NCBI GenBank assembly: GCA_038496445.1
Contig: JALMLS010000531.1
Location: 1 to 64,000, forward strand
From: Trichosphaerium sp. ATCC 40318
Lineage: Eukaryota; Protista; Tubulinea
Direction: 5' to 3'
Length of the DNA stretch: 64,000 nucleotides
This document shows, piece by piece, positions 38,701 through 50,865 of this stretch. The position numbers were made by a program, and so were the translations under genes. How positions within the stretch are numbered: position 1 is the first letter of the stretch; every line of letters begins with the position of its first letter. The notes below the pieces were generated by a model. That model had not been told where the DNA came from. It saw only the letters and a list, made by a program, of their open reading frames with translations, and did no database searches.

Positions 38701-41170
38701 TGAAATGAACGTTGAGATTTTGGTGTACCTGATTTATCGCGAGGATTTAACATGCAAGGAGATTCATATAAGTCCCACGTGTTTGCAAAATCAGTTTCTA
38801 CAATTGATAGAAGCTCATGTACTGTTTCCCTTGTTACATCAGTCCAGTTGATGCGTGTTCCGTTCTTTGTTACTTTCGGAAATGCTGTGAACTCCTTGGG
38901 AAGTATAACGTTCTACTTATTGTTAATTGATAAAACATGAGAGATTGGTAGAACGTACCTCAAGTTTAGTCCCTTTTAAAGAGTGCATAATGTCTGAAAG
39001 GCTTTGTCCTACTTTTTTTTCAAATCCTACTATGGATAACTTCTCCAAAATTGCTCCTTGAGTGAAGTGGTTGAGGCAAGGCGATAAAACAATCTCCTAC
39101 CTTTTTCATCAGCGTTTGATTGTTTCATCATACGCTTAAGTTTCACATTGTTGGTGCGTTTATGAACATAATCGATAACAGGCTTGGGAAGCTTTGGATA
39201 ATAGAATGTGGCGCCTGCTCCTTTTTGTGTTTTTGCTGTCTTTGGGATAAGCATCATTGGCACTATTGAGAGTATTTTTCTGAGAGTATAGATGTGTCTG
39301 CTGCCGTCACCTTCCCCTGGATGTATTGCAAACTTTGTATCCATAGCCTCTTCCACAGAAGCTGCTGCTGCAATAGGTAGTCCATACTGAGCAGCAATAG
39401 CAATTTTAGTGAATGCTAAGAGCACAGAATCGAATCCTTTTGCATCAAACATGTCTGGATCCAATATATTCCGTATTTCTTGTTTTCTACTCTCTGTTTG
39501 TGTAGATTTCAAATATGCTCTGTCCAATATACTTAACAAGTATGAGCTAAAGGTATAACAACTAACATTGGTAATCCACATACCGTTTCAGATCCTTGAA
39601 TGTAACAATCAGCTTCTTTTGTTCTGTAAAATTGTAATTCTCGGCTTCATCAAGTAATGCTCTTTTTGGTATTAGGAACAGAAACAGCATTATAAAGCTT
39701 ACTGAAATGCGTTCTGTATATATCTAGGATGACCTGCATAAACGTCAACCATTTTCTTTGCATAGATTTTCTTTGCATCTCCTTTAAACTCAATTGGTTG
39801 TTTGTATTTTGAAATTGCCTTATCAATGATTCTCTCCATAAACTTGGGTGTGAAATTCTATGGAATCAGTTAACAAGAAAAGCAATCAGCTAAATAAAAG
39901 AAAATGGCTTACATTTAACAGAATGGGTTTACTGTTTGTCACTGAAGAACGCCTCCAACCAGGTTCTTTAATGTGATCACCTTCTACACCACCTGTAGGA
40001 ACAAATAAGTCGCAGTAAAAACAACAACTTTAAAGGAACTAGTACCAATATCCATGAAAATAGGGTTATGTCCTGCCATCACAAAATGTACTCTACGTTT
40101 GGTATGAAGCTCTGCAGCAACGTTGTACAAAGTTGCCCACATCCAATCAATAAAGTCACCAAATGGTTTTAACTAACTTCAAAGTGAGTAAAAAGAATAT
40201 ACTTGTAAGCCATACACTATCCACCACAAATCTATTTGTCGGACTTATCTCATCTAAACCAAAAACTAGCGGATACATGTGACCCACTTTGTTGTGATAT
40301 TCCAACAACGCCTCCTTGAAGGTCATACTTTCTGATTGTTTCAAATCTGGAAGAAAAACAAAATAATGTTATTGCAGAGCTACGAAGTGTCGAGCGTACG
40401 TGTTCCACGTGCATTATTTATTTTATTGAAGAACTTCTCCACCATGATTTTGTTGGCTAGTTTTTTGTTGAATTCAGCTTGACGGTATGGTTTCATAGCT
40501 CTCACATCAATGTACACAAAATCCCCTTCGAATATCTCATTAGCTAGTGCTAATATCTCGTCCGCTAGGGGTAGGTCTTCAGTTTTTTTTTTGTTCTAAT
40601 TTTAGTCAGTAAAATTACACGTTTGCATCGACCATACTGCCAAGTGAGCTTTAAGACCGCTTGCAATTGCTCCTTGAAAATGCCATAGAAACGTTGACTT
40701 ACCTACAGTAACATGAGATTCACGTAATTAATAATTTAATATGTGTAAAGATGTTGTACCACATCCAAAGTAAAGCCCCAAGATAGGAACACAATATTGT
40801 TTTGGTCGTTCCTCGGGTATTAGACTAAAAGCTGCCTCATTTTTAACAAAAGTTTCCAGAACTTCAAGGTATTTGTCGTAAAATAAGTCAAGAATGATCA
40901 CATTTGAGTCTTTGGCTTGAACAAGGTTTTTCCGTAGCTCTTCCACGTCATCTGTTACGCTGTACGTGGTGTATACACGTGTGTAAAGGAGAACAGCTTC
41001 ATTGCTCATCTTAGCCACATCTTCTTGCGAAAAACCTTTTGGGCCATTAGAAGGGACTTGCGTTTGCAATGAAACGAATAAATCGATTAAAAACAATCTA
41101 TATTCAATCTCTTTTTTTTTGTTGGCGTACGTTGCATGCTTTGGTTCGGGCGTAAACTGAATGTCACAAC
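35754..41170 (-). CDS. Family A copy 3 (inverted twin of copy 1; no disabling lesion seen): NTPase + nuclease-fold + 6 Ubl-like repeats + basic tail; start uncertain
   Basis: Same exons as copy 1 but reads through the positions broken there (MMKQSNADEKG; QMSTLDSIGG). Confidence 0.78.
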
Positions 41171-41518
41171 CTAAAAACGTATTGTTTTTATCTATGGCGC
41201 ATCGTAACAACTTTCACAAATTAATGATAGATAATGTCTTAATTGAGTAAGGACGGAAAATACACTTTCAAACTTGAAATTTGACGATTTGACAGTAAAG
41301 TATATTTGACTTTGTTTGTTTGTACTTGTAGTCCCGAGAAAGTTTGAAGTGAAGTTACCAAAGCACACACAGCAAGCACAGGAATAAGGCAAAGGAACGC
41401 TTAGTGTTTATTTTGACTTTTTCGAACTTTGTATTTTCCAATTTTAGTTTGTAGCTACATGTTGCTACTTGACAAAGGTTTATTCAGACCCAAGAGCCAG
41501 AGGCATCATTTGTTTATT

Positions 41519-42717
41519 TTAGTTAGTATCCACAAGATGATTTTCATACCATTGTAAAGTAGTTCTTGAAGGATCTGTGCGTTTAAAATCTCGCACCCAG
41601 CCCTCAGTAAATTTGTTGTTCATCAACAACTCTGACAAAAACTCTTTAATAATACCTTCCATTGGTAAAGGTATACCCATGTCAACCATAAAATTTTGTA
41701 TAGACGCGTTTGATGTTAAATCATAACTACCCCTATTACTTTTCTTTCTATTTGACGAAAAAACGCCAGTAAATGGGTATCCAGTGTATAACGTTCCTCT
41801 AAAACGAGTTCCAACAACGTCATTCTCTCCATACTCGAAATCGAAACAATATTCTATTGGACTATTGTAAGTAGAAAATAAACGTGTGTGTTTTGGTTTT
41901 AGGCCTAACTATTGCAAATGGCTACTAAAACCTCTCCGTGTGAACATATAACATGAGGGAGTGCAGTTATACCCAAGGGCTATGTTTTGTTTTGATAGTC
42001 GTAAAAAAAAGTCTCTTTGAAACACGTGCCTTGTGGTTTCATGTTTAATCCCAAGAATACCAAGAAGTATGAATGTAAGGTATTTTGCTCGTATGGATAT
42101 GCATTTTCAGTGTGCTCCAACATGGTAACTGTATTAAGCAAAAAAAGAACTTCTGGAACTTGGCTAAGCCTTGGATTGTTTTCAACATTTCGACGAGCCC
42201 TTCCCAACCAATCTAGGCCTTCAGCGCATCCGCTGAGCAACGATAAAGTATCCGCGCTTGTAACACTTTGTTGTATTCCAGTATGGCCTCTCAGATTGAC
42301 ATTGTCAATTTTTTTCTTCAACGCCATTGCACTGTGATCAAAAAGTTGTTTAAGCAGTTCTTTCCATTTAAAAATAATTCTATACTCCATTTGATTACGT
42401 TGATTCTCTTTTAGAGACGTTATAACGCCATACAGATGTGGCAGCTGTTTTTTGGCTACAAGCTTCCAAACCAGGTTCTCTTTGGCTATTGCGTTGCTTA
42501 AAATAGCGTAAGCAGTCGTTAATACGTATAGTGAGAGTCTTTTACACATAAACACAATAACATTCGTTTAAAAAAGAAAAACGTACAATTGCCAGTTAAC
42601 TCTACCAATATTTATAATCGTTGATGCATCAGCAGCAAGACAATATAGAATTTCGCGTAGGACGTCGTTGTCAATCGCCCTAGGGGCTCTTGTGTCTTTA
42701 GGGGCTTTCTTGCTCAT
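41519..42717 (-). CDS. F-box-like protein (duplicate); homopolymer length differs from copy 1
   Basis: Mirror of 1949-3148. The A8 run at 42003-42010 (T9 in copy 1) changes the frame. Confidence 0.55.
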
Positions 42718-43272
42718 TCTCGTGGCAAATGTGCCAGAATAGAGCTTAATTACGCCGCATTGTGACTTAAATTGGATGTTGGAGCGTAGAACTAAGTTAT
42801 GTCAGGTGATTTCAAGTTTCTAAAAAAACACGTGCTGTCATACTAGATCCTGGGCAGCTTCCATATGTCACTGCAATATATCTTACCAAAAGGTCTGATC
42901 TACATCACTAAATTACACTTACTACGCGGTATTTGTTATTACCTCCAACATGCAACTCCTCAATGGCACAACAAGGAGGCATTTATGCCAAACACACAAA
43001 GGAGCGCATGTTGAAAAGGTCAATCCGAACTCATTCAGTATGTACTTCACAACATCTGGAAGCTAGTTCAATTCCACTCGTTCAACTGACGCAATTTAAA
43101 CCTTCACTTTATTGTTTCTTGGTTTTTATGACTACCCAAACGAGTATAATATCTTCTTTGCAGATGATGCAATTTAATCTGATAAAAGCGTCTGGAGTTT
43201 AATACCAATTTATTTTTGTTAAAGAGTATTTACATTTTTTCTTTCTTTTTATTGTACAAAAAAATAACCAGT

Positions 43273-46200
43273 TCATGTTTTTGTTGTTATTGTGTTACCA
43301 CAATGACCAAACCGAGCGAAACACAGTACATACTTCTCCAATACTTCGTAATTTATGTGCTCAGGGATATAAAACTTATTGGACCTTTAAATAGACATAA
43401 GAAGATGAAACAAAAAATAAGAAAGAAATCAGAACGAACAAGAAAAAAAAATCTTACCCAACGTCTACTACTCTCTGTAATCTTTGCTCTTCCTCTTGGC
43501 TTATCTTTTGAATAATTACAGTATTTGACTTATTAAATGTATTTCCAGTTATCCTTTGAACAAGCATTGCTCTTTCACTTTCAGACATTTTTGTAACAAC
43601 ATGCCAAAACCATCTTATTTGCTCTGACGATTCATTGTAACCAACGTACTCTACTATACTACGTAATTGATCTGCACTTATATTACCATTCCCATTAATA
43701 AGTAGTGATAATTCTAAAGCGCTAAACATAGAAAGAACGTCCTTACAATCAACGCTTCTTAATCCTTTCTTAAAACTCACTGTAGATTAAGTTAGAAAAA
43801 TCAAGAGCAAAAAAATAAGACAATAGAAATAGGTTGTACCTATATGGTCTTGTAAGCCTGTTGTCATTATACTTTTAGCGCATAAAGATGTGTATTTTGA
43901 TAGGTTATCTTTAGTGACAGTTTTTGTATGACCTTCATTGCAAAGTTCCTGAATAGATCCGTCTTCTGTTGAAAGAAATTAAGTTAAAAAAAAATATAAA
44001 ACTCAATCACACGTGTGCTATTGGCATTCAAAATAACCGTAAAGATTCAATGTAATTTAGAAAAAAGGAAATACTCTTGATATAATCAGAAAAAAAATAA
44101 CAGACTTAGTTGCGTCAATTGATTTTTCAGAAAAAGTTTGTTTGACTTACCTGTTTTTATCGTAAAAGACAAGTTCTTCTCTGCAATGTCTTGATCATTT
44201 TCGTGTGATTTTAATGTTGTATATGTATTAGAATCATACTGTAATAGATCATCTAAAATTATACTTTCTCCCAAAACTTCTTTTAGAAAACCAATAGAAA
44301 AAACAACAACATCCAAGGTGACCTCATAAGCCAAAACCAATCCAATCAATACACCCAGTAACTCCATATCTTGTACCTATTTACCAATTGTTAATAAAAA
44401 ACTAGCTCCTCATAGTTTGTTTTTGGTTATAGGTCACGTACTGTAGCTTTAGAGGAAGGGTAAAAAACACCAGATTTTGATAAATATCGAAGAAGATTAT
44501 ATTCTTCTGAACAGATATCCTTAAATAATGATCTAAACGAACTTGTTTGTACGTCTCTAGATAGTTCTACACCACCAAATGACATTCCTAACAGAAAAAA
44601 CATCAACAAAACGAACCACGTGGAACGAGAAAAATAAAGTTCCAAAAAAGGCTTGGAAGTGTTTGTTAATAGAACCGTACTGAATGGTTGCTTGTTTTGT
44701 GACAGCCACTTGCTCTTAATATTCTTATATGTTAAATCACCTCCATCTAAGGTAATAGATTTCATAGTAGCAGTAGACATCTGTAGTTGCTTAACACAGT
44801 AGCGCCTCTTGTTTTCAAAGTTAAGAACACTGTGTCTCTTACAGAAAAAACTGAATTGATCTCCTAGAGCACCGTCGTTGCTTCTTAAATAATCATTTAT
44901 GATTTTATAGTATCTAGGCGTTGTTTCTAGAGTATAGCTTATCGCTTCAACCTTTTGCTTGGCAAGTTTGTCGCCACCTTTGAACCAAAAATGAGCTAAG
45001 TAATTCGTTACTTTCTAAGCCGCACCTAATGCCGTCAACTGCTCAGGTACTGAGTTTAGTAGTTTCATCGCAATATCTACATTATTTTCTAGGTCTACAT
45101 GCAGCAAAGGAGGCAATCCATCGTTATCCTATGCCTTCATTTAAGAATAAATTCAAAAACAAAACAAAAAAAAAGAGAAAACAGCGAGAATAGCGTACAA
45201 TCTGATCTAGTTTACTTCCGCGCTGTATGAGCATGTTCATAATATCCATATTGCCTGATCCAATTGCAATAAATAATGGCGTTCTTGGTAGTTAAGTTAG
45301 AAAAGTTTCGAAAGAACAAGAAAAAACTAAACTGTAACATACTGTCCTTCATTGTTTTTAGCATTTGGATCAGCATCATTATTGAGAAGCAATGTAGCTA
45401 CAGTAGTATTGTTTCCTTGTACAGCCTTCATCAATGGGGTGTTCCCATCTACATCTCTTCCATCAACAACGTGATTAATCTCTACAAAGAAGAACTTTAG
45501 TAAATCACTAGAAAAAGAAAGTACAAGCGCATGCTTTCACTGAAAAGAGTCTAAGAAGAAGTACTTACCTAGCAAGCATTTTACGATATCTATTATGCCA
45601 GTCACTGCATAGTGAAGTGGAGTAGATCCTTTTTTGTCTTTATGATGTATACAAGCATCACCAAGAACTTCTGTAACTCTTCTAACAACCTCTTCATTAC
45701 CGCTTTGAACTGCATGGTGAATCAAGTATCTACCACAAACATCGCTGTTTTCGCTGTACGAAAAATCACAACCACGTTAGTCATACCAAGCACAGAAGAC
45801 AAGAAAACATCCTCACCTATGGTTACCCTTATCATAGCTTAACAATAAATTCATAGAATCCAAGTGTCCATTAGCAACAGCAACCATTAATGCTGTTACT
45901 TTATCGTTATCGCCGGCGCTTAAAAGAGCTGATGCGTTGTCCTTTTCGTACTCCATCATTGCTTTTATACACTCGGTGGAATCTACAGTATCATTAAGAA
46001 TTTAGTATAACGTGGATTGTTATTACTCACCATGTTTTGCAGCAAAGTGAAGTGGTGTACAACCTTCATCATCTCGCAATGTTAAAAGTGATGTATGCAA
46101 TTTGTCTAGAGCTTGTCGCACTTGCTCTACATCACCTTCGCTACACCATTCCTCCATAGAGCTTATTATAACACTATTAACCTCACTCTTCTCAGAATCG

Positions 46201-48250
46201 GGCTCGGAGTCAGTCTTCTAAGGTAAGTTAGTTGAAAAAACAAAAATTATGATTGCATACAATTTGATTCATACTTGCTGCTGTATCACTGGCCATACGC
46301 TCAACAGGTGACAGACTTAATACAATGTTAGTATGATAAATAACTTGTGATGAAAGGATTATCATTACCAAACAACAGGTTCTTTTGGAGGACTCAGTTG
46401 AGGTCGAACACTTGTCAAAGAGTTAATTGTACGCATCAATGTTCAAAAAAAAATCATACACATCACAAGCTTCAGCTTCCTCACACGAGCTCTTAGGATC
46501 CGATCCATCACCTAGAGGCGACTTATTCATCAGCCTAGATATTGTTTAGAATGATTGTAGGTTATAAAGTGAGGTTTACATGTCTACTGGATCATCATAA
46601 GATGCCATATCTACATCTTCTTTTTCTTCTTTTAAAAAATCATTCACTTGCTCACTAACCCCAAACACAAAGTTGTTTGGTTTTAAAACACAATTAAGAG
46701 GTATATCTGTTGACAGTCTATCGTTTAAAGATACTGTTTGTTCCTTCTCTTCAGAACCAATAAATTGATCCACTTGCATTGGATCAGCTGTGTTTTGTGT
46801 ACTACACAATATTAGCACAAAATTCTTTCAGAGAGTAGTATAGTACTTGATATCTTCGGCTATCTCTGGTTCCTTTACTTCTATTGGCATCTGGAGTTCT
46901 TTAATGTCTATGCCGGATGATATTGAACGCTTCAATAAATCTGGTGTAACAGGCCCTATATGGTTTGAGTGCGATTGTTCCAAAAGAAATCAATGGCGCT
47001 TACCCGCATAAACAGGAGACTCGGGCCTCTCCAACGGTGTATCCTCTACAACGTTTAAATCCATTTCCTTGATGTCCACTTGCTGTGACAGATCTCTTTG
47101 ACTTGCACGGCGCTTTAATTTTGGTGATAAAGGTCCAGCATACACAGGAGATGGTGATCGGCTTTTGACCTTCTGAATCTCTTCAGGTGGGCGCACTTTT
47201 CTGGGTCGACCTCTACCTCGTTTTTTGGGTGGGCTTTCAGTTTGTTGAAGCTGAGGGAGGGGTTTTTTCTGTGTGACAACTTCCTTGTTTTGATATGCAA
47301 CCTTAGGAGTACGTTTACGGCCAGACCGCCGTACAGAAGCTGAGTTTGAGCTTGAGTTTGACATATCATTTACAGTATCACTTTCTGTTTCAGTCTCTCG
47401 TGCTGACGACCGCGTTCTCTTACGTCTTGACGTTGTAATAGTAGCGTCAATACTCTCTCTTTCATCTCCAGAATCAAAAGAGAATGAAGAAGATCGTTTA
47501 CGCTTAGATCCACGAGCTGGTGTAGAATAGAGTGAAAAGTCCCCATCGCCCATATCATCACGTGACAATGATGTTGTTGGTGATTGCGCACGTGGTGTTG
47601 AACGACCAGTAACGATTCTACGGCCACGTGTATTCTTAGACATAGAAGACGAGTCTGTAAAGGAAAGTATTAATAGAAACATAAACACACCAAAATAAGG
47701 AAGGAAAGTACATTTTGGAACAAACTGGGTACAAAAAAAATCAAAACCAAAAAAAATTAACATAACGGTTACCTCGTCCTCCTTGACGCCCTGTGGTACG
47801 TCTACTAGTACTTTTGGATCGTTTAGAGGCACCACGCGATACATTTTCTCTAAGCTCGTGTTCACGTGGTGTATTTTCTATTGCGCTGCGCGTGTCCCTT
47901 TTGATATTAGATTAGTATGTAGTTTAGTAGGTGTAAATGTGAGAAAATACGCACTTTTCGCTATTAACGGTACATACAACGCCGTTAGGCGTTTCAGACT
48001 CGCGGAAAGGGTTGCCGGGGAAGTACGACGCTGTTGGCTTTGTTGAACGTGTTTTATCAGATGCCATTGTAGCTTCTTGGTTTACCAGGTCAGAAATACG
48101 AGTGTGGATGATCTCAATGGCACTGGATACTTTTTCTTCTTCGAGAAGCGCCAAAATTCGCTTTAAATTTTCTGCCTCTTGTTGAATGTGCTGAAAGCGC
48201 CGTATTTTATCCAGCAGCTTGTCCAGCAAGTCACCAACGCGTTCAGTCAT
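43273..48250 (-). CDS. Large multi-exon protein: N-terminal coiled coil, Ser/Arg-rich region, AT-hook, ankyrin repeats, degenerate HECT domain (HACE1-like architecture)
   Basis: ATG 48250 splices in frame through 47877-47771 into 'DSSSMSKNTRGRR'. AT-hook 'KKRGRGRPRK'. Ankyrin motifs 'RDDEGCTPLHFAAKHG', 'TALMVAVANGH', 'DKKGSTPLHYAV' at ~45100-46150. HECT 43273-~44830. Confidence 0.82.
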
Positions 48251-48545
48251 TGTTTTACAGTATCTAACGTAGGTGACGATCACAACAATAAATACAAGTA
48301 CTATTTCTCAAGCCATAACACGTGTAGGGTAACGTACATAAATTTGTAGACCAAATGAATATTTAACGACTAAAACTGTTCGCTAACGCAACAAAGTTAG
48401 CTACGCTATAGTTTTAGTGCGGGTGTCAGTCTGGCTGACCTCTTAGCTTTTGGCAATGAATATCGTGGTTTGTACAGGCCAAAAACCGAAAAGCCAAGTC
48501 AATCAACTTCTTATTGCTTTGTTAATTTTTTTCACCAACGGCACA

Positions 48546-50647
48546 ATGGAGAAGATTCAAAACAACATTATTGCTTTGTCTAACGACAATATTGATGATT
48601 TAAAGAAATTAGACAGCTACTTGACTAAAAACTCCAACGGGCTGGATAAATTCGTTGGGTCGCGCCTCAAAGACCTCGTTGGTCCATTGGACGTAAAAGG
48701 TTGCTCTTTGGGCTGGTTGCATGTTTTGTAAGTGTGTTTTTTCGTTTAGAACAGATCACTAACAAAACTCAGGTCAGCAATGCTCAGGAACCCTGATATT
48801 GAAGGTTTTACTTTTATGAAGCACTGCGCTAATTTTTTACTGCGTTGTTCTGTTCAAGTGCGTGTCAACCCAGAAAAATGTACGTCTTCAACAGTTGTTT
48901 ATTTACTTTTTTGTTTATTTTCACGCCGCTGAGCGTTCTATGAACAAATAACAGAGAGGGTCTTTTAAAAATCGTAACGTAACTGACTCTACTATTAGTT
49001 GTATCGGTCTGTGATGAGTTTGCTTCATTATGTCTTAAAATCAACAGAGCAAAACATGCTATTAAGCCTCTTCGCAAAGCAATTGAAGTGTACGTGTTAC
49101 AACAGTTTTTGTAGAGTCGCACAATTATTCGGGAACAAATGCCTTCATTTTTCGTATTGGTACCTCTGCGCTTCCCTTTTAATCATATTATTAGTATTCA
49201 GAGCGTCCGCGAATACATAACACCACAACATCAACTGTTTTTCAAAGTCTGCATTCAAGCTAAATTCTATAGCTACGCTGGACAAGTTTTACAGAACGTA
49301 CGTACTAAAATTGGCGGTTAAAGCGTTACTTTACAACATTTTTTTTGTTGTCGCCTTTCTGACGTTTAATAGACTTGTTACGCCGTATCCAAGACAGAAA
49401 CCGCCGTAAAACCACTTGATGTTATGCTTTACCACTACTATGCAGGTATTGTGTACCTTGGTTTGAAAAACTTTGGAAAAGCAACAGAGTGCTTCCGCAC
49501 CGTACGTTCATTTCATTTTTATTGCCAACGGCTCGAGCCGAAATACAACCTTTTTGGTTGATAAGTTGCTCATTTGTTTACCTCCTACAATAGGTACTAG
49601 CTATGCCTGCTGTTGTACCTAGCGCAGTAATGCAAGAAGCATACAAGAAATTTGTACTCTCTTCTCTCATTTCTCGTGGTGAGGTCTCTTCAATGCCTCG
49701 CTACGCTTCACCTGGTTTCCATCGCCACTTCAAGCAGGTATGCAATCTAGATTTATTATTCAAACACTTTTTAATTAAATGGTTAGTCTTGCCCATACTA
49801 TGAAGAACTTGCCAGTTCTTATAAAACACGCTCCACTGAAGACCTTCATAAATGCGCTGCAAACCACATGGAAGCTTTCACTAGAGTACGTTTTGAAAAG
49901 GAAGCTATGCGAAAGTTTATTTTCTAATAATGTCATTTTTGTTGCTCATTCTTTTTGAAGGATAAAAATGCTGGTTTGGTTAAACAAGCAATTCAATCCC
50001 TTTACATGCGTAATATTCAACGTTTAACAAAGACTTTCATGACCCTTTCTCTTGAAAGCATTGCTGCTACATGCAAACTCGATGGTGGTATCACTGAAGT
50101 CAAAATGAGACTTGTCAAAATGGTAATGCCACATAACGTTGCAACATTTTTATTTATTTTACTTTAAAATACCCTCAACAACTTCGCATTGTGCTGTATC
50201 TACAATACATATGGCGACTATTTTATTTTGAACGACTTATCGTGTTTGTGTTTTTTTGATGCTAATATTATTGATAGATTGAAAAAGGACAGATTTTTGC
50301 CACTATCAATGAGAAGGATGGTATGGTTTCATTCCACGATAACCCAGAGCAATACAACTCTAACTCAACATTGAATCACCTCCGTTCTCAACTTGACACT
50401 GCAGTTGAATTAACTAAGCGTCTTAAGAGCGTTGATGAAGATATTTCCACCTCTGAAAAATATGTACAAAAGGTATGCTGCACCTTATCCTTTACAATCA
50501 AAATGAGAATACGTTTTTCCTTATTGTTTTCTTTAGAATATGCAGTCTGAGAGAGGCGCTGGACCTGGAAGAGGTAACTATGAATTTGATGATATGGACG
50601 TAGGTGGTGATTCACGTTTCGGTGGACCTTCAGGATTCAGAGCTTAA
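48546..50647 (+). CDS. COPS3: COP9 signalosome complex subunit 3 (PCI domain); multi-exon
   Basis: Conserved CSN3 segments: '[16 protein letters not shown]', '[23 protein letters not shown]', '[31 protein letters not shown]', '[27 protein letters not shown]'. Confidence 0.92.
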
Positions 50648-50865
50648 CCAATGAAATGTAATTTCTTTTACAACTACAACAAAAATAAAGGAAATGCTAT
50701 TTCCTAAAGTTGCAGATAAAATAAAATTATTACCACAATTACTGCGTTGTAGCTTTTTTATTTGAGCGTTTGTACCTTACTGACATGTTGAAAGCAAGCT
50801 TCGAAAGCTATGTTTTGGTGAAGCCAGGCTTAGCGACAGCGCACTTAACTTAGTACCTTCTAATC

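Larger units (their letters stand above)
34674..44665. repeat. Right arm of large inverted segmental duplication (partner 1-9992)
   Basis: Reverse complement of 1-9992, with scattered substitutions and indels in the inner ~7 kb. Confidence 0.97.

Noticed and set aside
1-44665. Large inverted repeat as the TIRs of a Polinton/Maverick, virophage or endogenous giant virus
   Set aside because: No pPolB, integrase, packaging ATPase or capsid recognised. The arms contain intron-rich host-type genes and no terminus or target-site duplication is visible.
47924-48283. Stand-alone 119-aa coiled-coil gene
   Set aside because: It splices in frame into the AT-hook/ankyrin/HECT gene, so it is treated as exon 1.
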